From an uncultured Acidobacteriota bacterium (GTDB lineage: Bacteria; Acidobacteriota; Terriglobia; Acidiferrales; UBA7541), in NCBI GenBank assembly GCA_963725285.1, contig CAVRXT010000012.1, positions 91,265-155,264 of the forward strand: 64,000 bases of DNA. Reading direction: 5' to 3'. Shown one piece after another: positions 58,570 to 64,000 of this stretch. Within the stretch, counting starts at the first letter, position 1. Every line of letters begins with the position of its first letter. The position numbers and the translations under genes were made by a program. The notes beneath the pieces were generated by a model. It ran no database searches, was not told the origin of the DNA, and saw only the letters and a program-made list of their open reading frames with translations.

Positions 58570-60009
58570 ATGAACTGGCTAGCGCCCAAACTTAACCTGC
58601 GCATCGCCCAAAAGCAGATCCTTACCCCGGGTCTGGTCCAGATGGTCAGCGTGCTGGCGCTGAATCGCCTCGAACTGCGCGAAATGATCAACCAGGAAAT
58701 CATGGCCAACCCGGTCTTGGAAGAGTTGGGTGATGACGGGGTGGTCAGCGAGAATTACACCGACGAGAACTTCGTCAAGAACGAAACCGAAAAGGTCCCC
58801 GAGGGCGCCGGCGCCAACCCTTTTGACGAATTCGATTTTGGTTCCTTCTTTGGCAGATACCTGGACACCGGCACCGGCACCAAGGGCGGCGAACACGAAG
58901 ACGTTGAACGCCCATCCTTCGAGAAATTTCTCTCTTCCGGCGCCAGCCTTTCCGATCACCTGAAATGGCAAATCAGCGTGGCCATTTGCAGTGAGACCGT
59001 CCGCGAAATCGCCGAAGACATCGTCGGCAATCTCGACGAGAACGGCTACCTCGCCGCCACCATCGCCGAAATTGCCTCCGCCAGCAACTACTCGCCCGAG
59101 GACATGGAAGAAGCGCTCACCATGGTCCAGGAATTTGACCCGCCGGGCGTCGGCGCGCGCGATCTGGCCGAGTGCTTGCTCCTCCAACTCAAGGTGATCG
59201 ACCCGCAAAACACTTTGGCTCAGCAGATTGTCGCCGAGCACCTGAAACTGCTGCAGAACAATCAGCTCAAGGAAATTGCCCGCGCTCTGAATCGTCCGGT
59301 GGAATTGGTCAAGCGCGCGGTGGACGTCATCAAGCGCCTCGATCCCAAGCCCGGTTTGCGCTACAACAAAACCGAGCCGCGCCTGGTCGAGCCCGATATT
59401 CAATTCCGCAAAGTGGATGGCGAGTGGCAAGTGATCATGAACGACGACGATTTGCCGCAGCTCCGCCTGAATCCTACGTACCGCCGCTTGCTGGCCCGCG
59501 ATGCCGCCGACCGCGAAGTGCGCAATTACGTCAAAGAGCGCTTCAGCGCGGCCATCCAGCTGATGAAAAATATCGAGCAGCGCAAACACACCATCGTTCG
59601 CGTCTGCCATTCCATTCTTCGCAGGCAGCAGGATTTTCTCGATTTTGGCGTCGATCACCTCAAGCCCATGATGATCAAGGAAGTGGCGGAAGAGGTGGGC
59701 GTGCATCCCTCCACCGTCAGCCGCGCGGTGGCCAATAAGTATTGCCACACTCCTCAGGGTGTTTTCGAGCTGCGCTACTTTTTTTCCGAATCGGTTAACG
59801 GACCTTCCGGCAACGAAATGTCCCTGCTTTCGCTCAAACGCCGGGTGAAGAAAATGATCGAAGACGAAGATACCAACCACCCGCTCACCGACGAACAGAT
59901 CACCCAGAAGCTATCCGACGAAGGCATCCGCGTCACTCGCCGCACGGTGGCCAAATATCGCGAAGACCTTCGCATTCCCAGCACCCATCGTCGCCGGGTG
60001 AAGGCCTAA
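58570..60009 (+). CDS. rpoN: RNA polymerase sigma-54 factor RpoN
   Basis: Sigma-54 activator-interacting N-terminus, core-binding region and C-terminal RpoN box (ARRTVAKYRE). Confidence 0.9.
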   Translation: MNWLAPKLNLRIAQKQILTPGLVQMVSVLALNRLELREMINQEIMANPVLEELGDDGVVSENYTDENFVKNETEKVPEGAGANPFDEFDFGSFFGRYLDTGTGTKGGEHEDVERPSFEKFLSSGASLSDHLKWQISVAICSETVREIAEDIVGNLDENGYLAATIAEIASASNYSPEDMEEALTMVQEFDPPGVGARDLAECLLLQLKVIDPQNTLAQQIVAEHLKLLQNNQLKEIARALNRPVELVKRAVDVIKRLDPKPGLRYNKTEPRLVEPDIQFRKVDGEWQVIMNDDDLPQLRLNPTYRRLLARDAADREVRNYVKERFSAAIQLMKNIEQRKHTIVRVCHSILRRQQDFLDFGVDHLKPMMIKEVAEEVGVHPSTVSRAVANKYCHTPQGVFELRYFFSESVNGPSGNEMSLLSLKRRVKKMIEDEDTNHPLTDEQITQKLSDEGIRVTRRTVAKYREDLRIPSTHRRRVKA

Positions 60010-60021
60010 TCGGCAGGGTCT

Positions 60022-60912
60022 GTGAAACGACGAACCCCACCCGGTCGCCCCACCCGCCAATTAGTGATTCTCACCGGCCTGGCCGGTTCCGGAAAAGGCT
60101 CCGTGCTTAAGACTTTCGAAGACCTGGGTTTCTACTGCGTCGATAATTTGCCGGTCGGCTTTATTCCCACCTTCGCCGAACTCTACCTGCAAGGCAGCAG
60201 CGAAATTGATCGCGCCGCGCTGCTGGTGGACGCTCGCGAAGGGGAAGAGCTGGCCAAGTTTCCGGAGATCTACCGCAAACTGCGCAACGAGCTTTCCGTC
60301 TCTTTGGTTTTCATTGAGGCCAGCAACGATGCGCTGATGCGCCGCTTCAGCGAAACGCGCCGCCCCCACCCCATGGGCCGCGATCTCACCGTCCGCCAGG
60401 GCATCGAGCAGGAACGCCGCCGCCTGGCGCCCATCCGCCGCATGGCCGATGTGGTGATCGACACCACCAAGTTCAATGTCCACGAGCTGCGCCAGCTCAT
60501 CACCGGCCAATTCCAGAATCCCGGCCGGCGCCCGCTGCTGGTCTCGGTAGTCAGCTTCGGATATCGCTACGGCATCCCGGCGGACGCCGATTTGGTCTTC
60601 GATGTTCGCTTTCTCCCCAATCCCCATTTCGTCGCCAAGCTCCGCCCGTTCAGCGGCAAGGACAAGCGGGTGGTCCGCTACATTCGCTCCTTCCCGCAGA
60701 CCGGCCAATTTCTTCGCCGTCTCGAGAGCATGCTGGCCTACCTGATCCCGCATTACATCCGGGAAGGGAAGAGCTATCTCACGGTCGCCATCGGCTGCAC
60801 CGGCGGCCGCCACCGCTCGGTAATGCTAGCCGAAGAAATCAGCCGCGGCCTGCACAAGCGCAAATACGAAGCCAAGACCGTCCACCGCGACATCGATAAG
60901 TCCACCACTTGA
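60022..60912 (+). CDS. rapZ: RNase adapter protein RapZ (YhbJ)
   Basis: P-loop VILTGLAGSGKGSV. Characteristic RapZ C-terminal region IGCTGGRHRSV. Confidence 0.85.
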   Translation: MKRRTPPGRPTRQLVILTGLAGSGKGSVLKTFEDLGFYCVDNLPVGFIPTFAELYLQGSSEIDRAALLVDAREGEELAKFPEIYRKLRNELSVSLVFIEASNDALMRRFSETRRPHPMGRDLTVRQGIEQERRRLAPIRRMADVVIDTTKFNVHELRQLITGQFQNPGRRPLLVSVVSFGYRYGIPADADLVFDVRFLPNPHFVAKLRPFSGKDKRVVRYIRSFPQTGQFLRRLESMLAYLIPHYIREGKSYLTVAIGCTGGRHRSVMLAEEISRGLHKRKYEAKTVHRDIDKSTT

Positions 60913-61081
60913 ACGTAGGTCGTTCGGTCTACCGAGGATGGCCTACCCGGGATGCACCCGCAGCACCTGCAGCCGTGGCGCTATCTGTTCGAGCGTATGC
61001 GCGGCTTCTCGGTCCAGGCTCAGGTTTCCGGGCGCTGTTCGCGCTGAAATCTTCGCGCGTTGGGCCGGGCGCGCTAAAAGC

Positions 61082-61486
61082 TCACTTCTGCGGCGCGACG
61101 TTCATCTGCGCAAACGTTACATAATGGCCCGCGGGATCGGTCACCCCAATTTCTCGCGATCCATAGAAGGTAGTCCGCACCGGCATCACGACCTCGGCTC
61201 CCTGGAGGGTTCCCATCACCTCGTCCAGATTCTCAACTTCTACATATAAAAACGTCGGGCCTTTGCGGACGGCCTGGGCGGTGGCTCGCGGCGCGTCGTT
61301 GTCGGCACTGGCGAAGGATTGGTACATCAGCGCGACGCCACCCTTCTGCACGATTGCAAATGCGAGCTTGTCGCCGTCGGGTACTTCGACGGTTTTCTCG
61401 AAACCGAATCGCTCGACCCAGAACTTCACGCAAGGCTCAATTTCCGCGGCAAATAATATGGGGGTAATTTTCTTCACGGTCATCAT
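61082..61486 (-). CDS. VOC-family (glyoxalase/bleomycin-resistance) protein
   Basis: 134 aa. A GGAGGAAAAGAAA RBS precedes ATG 61486. Confidence 0.7.
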   Translation of the reverse strand: MMTVKKITPILFAAEIEPCVKFWVERFGFEKTVEVPDGDKLAFAIVQKGGVALMYQSFASADNDAPRATAQAVRKGPTFLYVEVENLDEVMGTLQGAEVVMPVRTTFYGSREIGVTDPAGHYVTFAQMNVAPQK

Positions 61487-61660
61487 TTTCTTTTCCTCCA
61501 GCGCGGGTCGCCCGGAAAGGTGGCGGGAAACCAAGGGCCCGGGCAGCCATCGCGAAAATGGTGGTTCGCAGTGCAGCTTGCGGCTTGACAGCGCAACTAG
61601 TATAAATTAGACTAGTGAACCGTAACACGATCATTTCTTTTGCGTCAAGGGGAAAAGCTT

Positions 61661-61945
61661 ATGCCATCCACCCAGCGACGTCTCGAGGAGCTGGTTTCCG
61701 TCGGTCCCGCTATGCTTCGTGATTTCGGTCGGCTGGGGATTGACAGCGTGGCCCAGCTCGCCCGCCAAAATCCGCAGAAGCTTTACGAACGCCTGTGCGC
61801 AAAGACGGGTCGGCCGGTAGATATCTGTTGCCTTGATGTTTTCAGCGCCGCGGTGGCCCAAGCGCGGCATTCCCGTCTTCCCCGTGAACAGTGCAATTGG
61901 TGGTATTGGAGCCGCCAGCGGAAGGCGCGCGATGCCCGTGGATAA
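61661..61945 (+). CDS. TfoX/Sxy C-terminal-like helix-hairpin-helix domain protein
   Basis: HhH motif LVSVGPAMLRDFGRLGIDSVAQLARQNPQKLYERL. Confidence 0.45.
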   Translation: MPSTQRRLEELVSVGPAMLRDFGRLGIDSVAQLARQNPQKLYERLCAKTGRPVDICCLDVFSAAVAQARHSRLPREQCNWWYWSRQRKARDARG

Positions 61946-62543
61946 GCGCGAACGCGGCGTTTTGACCACCCCAGACTTGGTATTGCTGAGCCTGCTCGCC
62001 GAGCGCCCCATGCACGGCTATCAGGCGAATCTCGAGCTCGAACGCCGCGAAGTTCGCGACTGGGCTGCCATCTCCAAGCCGCAGGTCTATTATTCGCTCG
62101 GAAAACTGGCGCGCCTCGGCCTGGTCGGTGAGTCACGATCCGACGACGCGGTGGCTGGCCCCGAGCGGCAAGTTTACGCCACCACGCCGCGCGGGCGAGC
62201 TGCCCTCGCCGAGGCTCTCGATCGCGAAGATTGGGCGATCCAGCGCGACCGCCCGGCATTCCTAACCTGGATGGCGCTTTGCTGGCAGGCTCGCCCCGGA
62301 GTTTTCGCCAACCAGCTCCGCCGCCGCGCCGCGTTTCTGCGTAAGGAGCTGGCGCGCGAGCAGGCCACTCTTAAATCAATTCTTCAGGAAGTGGGGCATG
62401 AGTTTCACGAAGCGGTTTGGATGGTCACCCTGACCATCTCGCAATTCCGCACCGAGTTGCTGTGGCTGCGGCGTTTGGAGCAAACCCATCGCCGCCGCGC
62501 CCCCGCCCGCCACCCCGTATACTCTGGCGAAGCCAACCGGTAG
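61932..62543 (+). CDS. PadR-family transcriptional regulator
   Basis: Winged HTH LVLLSLLAERPMHGYQANLELERR...PQVYYSLGKLARLGLV. Overlaps the upstream gene's end. Confidence 0.7.
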   Translation: MPVDKRERGVLTTPDLVLLSLLAERPMHGYQANLELERREVRDWAAISKPQVYYSLGKLARLGLVGESRSDDAVAGPERQVYATTPRGRAALAEALDREDWAIQRDRPAFLTWMALCWQARPGVFANQLRRRAAFLRKELAREQATLKSILQEVGHEFHEAVWMVTLTISQFRTELLWLRRLEQTHRRRAPARHPVYSGEANR

Positions 62544-62567
62544 ACCCAAGCAATAGGATTTACTCGG

Positions 62568-62798
62568 TCATCGAGACACCGTCACGTTTGACAACCAGAG
62601 GCACAGCTGGCTAAGCAGAAGACATGCGCACGGCACCCCAACGATAACCAGCCAGAGCAGAAGTCCTGAACTCTTGGTCTTCGCTTGGATTGCCTTTTCT
62701 TCGGATATATCCGTTCCTGTCTGTTCAGGTATGCGAGCGAAAGCAGCTGCGATGCGGGAGTCTTTGCCTGGTTTCTTAAGAAAGTAATAGCTGCCCAT
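62568..62798 (-). CDS. Small hypothetical tail-anchored membrane protein in an AT-richer region
   Basis: 76 aa with a single C-terminal TM. Atypical composition. Weak. Confidence 0.2.
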   Translation of the reverse strand: MGSYYFLKKPGKDSRIAAAFARIPEQTGTDISEEKAIQAKTKSSGLLLWLVIVGVPCACLLLSQLCLWLSNVTVSR

Positions 62799-63246
62799 GG
62801 CTACCGCTAATATCCAACCGGCTATCCTATTGTCTCTTTCTTCGGGAAGTACGATGGATCGACTCTTTAGCCTCGGCTGCGCTCACACGATTGTTCTCCT
62901 ATGGCGGTCCGATCGGTAATGCGCCATTGTCGGTGCTGTCGACGATAGCATCCATAGTACCTAAGTAAGACGCGGATCCTGAGTTTTCCCCGACCTGCAA
63001 AGAAGAAGGGCCCGAGTGTTTCTAAACCCGTTCTTTTCCGTTAGCATAGATCGTGAAACGGCCAAGTTGAACGGGGTGTTCTAGCCTCAGTCGTTGCCGG
63101 TGGGTGCCTCACTCTTCGGGGTTAGGTGTGGGGGTTTGGACTCACGGTTCGACGCCTTTATCTTTTCGCGGGTTTGGCGGAAGGATGGGGCGGTTAGACC
63201 TTCGCAGCGCAACCGCTCGTAGGTCGGTTCTTCAGGACGGAGTTCT

Positions 63247-64000
63247 TTGGAATCCAACAAGATCACAGAAATCAGGCGGCTGCTCGGTTACATGGCGCAG
63301 TACCGCCTGAGATTCATTGCTGGCGCGGTCCTGCTGGCGCTGCTAGGCCTTTCGGAAGGCTTGGTGGCCCTGATGTTCGTCCCCGCGATGAACGTGGTCC
63401 TCAACCCTGCCAGCACCAATCAAAAACTAGCCCTGGTCACCCTCCCCCACGGCCGCACCATCTATCTCAACGCCTTCTTCCCGCCCAGCATCCATCACGT
63501 TTGGACGGTATTTACCATTTCCCTGATCGTCCTGTTTACCTTCAAGGCGCTGGCCGAATTTATGGGCACCACCTTGATCCAGTACGTCGGCCATTCTGCG
63601 GTAATGGACTTGCGCAATCAGGTGTACAGCCGGCTCATCCAGCAGCCCATGGGTTTTTTCCAGAATAATCCGGTGGGCCGGGTGATGTCCGCGGTGATTA
63701 ACGATATCGAGCAGATGCGCAGCGCGTTTTCCGAATATTTGGCCGATTTCTTTCGCCAGGTATTTACGTTCGTGGCCCTGGTCTCGGTCCTGGTTTATTT
63801 GAACTGGAAGCTGGCGATCGGCTCGGTGTTTTTTATTCCCTTGGTCATCTACCCGATCGGAAAACTCGGCAAGAAAATTCGTCGCTCCACCGAACGGAGC
63901 CGCGCCCGCCTCGCCGACCTCAGCCAGATCTTGCAGGAAACCATCAGTGGAAACCGGGTGGTGAAAGCCTTCGGCATGGAAGGCTTCGAAATCAAGAAAT
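63247..64000 (+). CDS. ABC exporter, fused TMD-NBD type (MsbA/lipid-A-export-like). The N-terminal TM domain runs off the window end.
   Basis: Read manually. The frame is open from 63223 to the window end, with six TM-type segments and a conserved MsbA-like region (GRVMSAVINDIEQMRSAFSEYL). It is not in the ORF track because there is no stop. Start is TTG 63247 or ATG 63292. Confidence 0.65.
   Translation, partial: MESNKITEIRRLLGYMAQYRLRFIAGAVLLALLGLSEGLVALMFVPAMNVVLNPASTNQKLALVTLPHGRTIYLNAFFPPSIHHVWTVFTISLIVLFTFKALAEFMGTTLIQYVGHSAVMDLRNQVYSRLIQQPMGFFQNNPVGRVMSAVINDIEQMRSAFSEYLADFFRQVFTFVALVSVLVYLNWKLAIGSVFFIPLVIYPIGKLGKKIRRSTERSRARLADLSQILQETISGNRVVKAFGMEGFEIKK

Noticed and set aside
58579-59880. 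433-aa minus-strand ORF
   Set aside because: Entirely antisense to rpoN and Arg/Gly/Ala-rich. Other long antisense artefacts include 4571-5530 (vs lepA), 24172-25233 (vs VWA), 34055-35071 (vs deoA), 31116-32225 (vs flotillin) and 51214-51714 (vs TonB receptor).
61040-61080. GC-rich inverted repeat (GCGCG...CGCGC) between convergent rapZ and the VOC gene as a bidirectional terminator
   Set aside because: The stem is only 5-6 bp with a 9-nt loop, and there is no U-tract on either strand. Too weak to call.
1-64000. CRISPR arrays, rRNA genes, insertion sequences with inverted repeats
   Set aside because: No regularly spaced short repeats, no rRNA-like conserved blocks, and no transposase ORFs were seen. 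Only the single tRNA-Glu was identified.

Overview
High-GC (~62%) chromosomal segment, probably from an Acidobacteriota-like genome (inference from a CarboxypepD_reg-type TonB-dependent receptor, VWA and flotillin-like genes). From start to end the window holds the following.

- **Core genes at the start:** a partial flippase-like membrane protein, an ABC transporter whose permease carries an apparent +1 frameshift, lepA, a thiolase and a SAM-hydroxide-adenosyltransferase-family lipoprotein.
- **tRNA-Glu islet (8753-13092):** about 4.3 kb of accessory DNA with lower GC, bounded by a 17-bp direct repeat of the tRNA 3' end. It carries a degraded integrase fragment, a CDF transporter and a MerR / thioredoxin-like / MerT-like metal module.
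- **Stress/detoxification genes:** SnoaL-like, ArsR with a perfect 16-bp operator palindrome, two VOC proteins, SRPBCC and DUF1801.
- **Minor-pilin operon:** four genes of type IV pilus/T2SS type, preceded by a candidate sigma-54 promoter and ending in a strong terminator. The last gene is a 933-aa PilX_N-domain protein.
- **Translationally coupled MoaD/E fusion-VWA-IMPase operon**, followed by an ECF sigma/anti-sigma pair, a ferritin-like diiron protein with an ABC-2 exporter, and a flotillin-like gene.
- **Nucleoside salvage operon:** deoA-nupC-punA-cdd plus a secreted amidohydrolase.
- **RodZ-like and GAF-GGDEF genes.**
- **Putative hydroxyproline/peptide catabolic cluster:** DUF885, creatininase-family and proline-racemase-family genes, a TAT protein and a TonB-dependent receptor.
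- **lptC/A-lptB-rpoN-rapZ**, where the lptC/lptA region is a single reading frame broken by a second +1 frameshift.

The most notable feature is a two-gene bacterial-microcompartment module inserted between the TonB receptor and lptC/A. It consists of a PduA-like BMC-H shell protein and a PduP/EutE-type acylating aldehyde dehydrogenase that carries a ~200-aa Ala/Ser/Thr-rich C-terminal extension. No other shell genes (pentamer or BMC-T) are present in the window.
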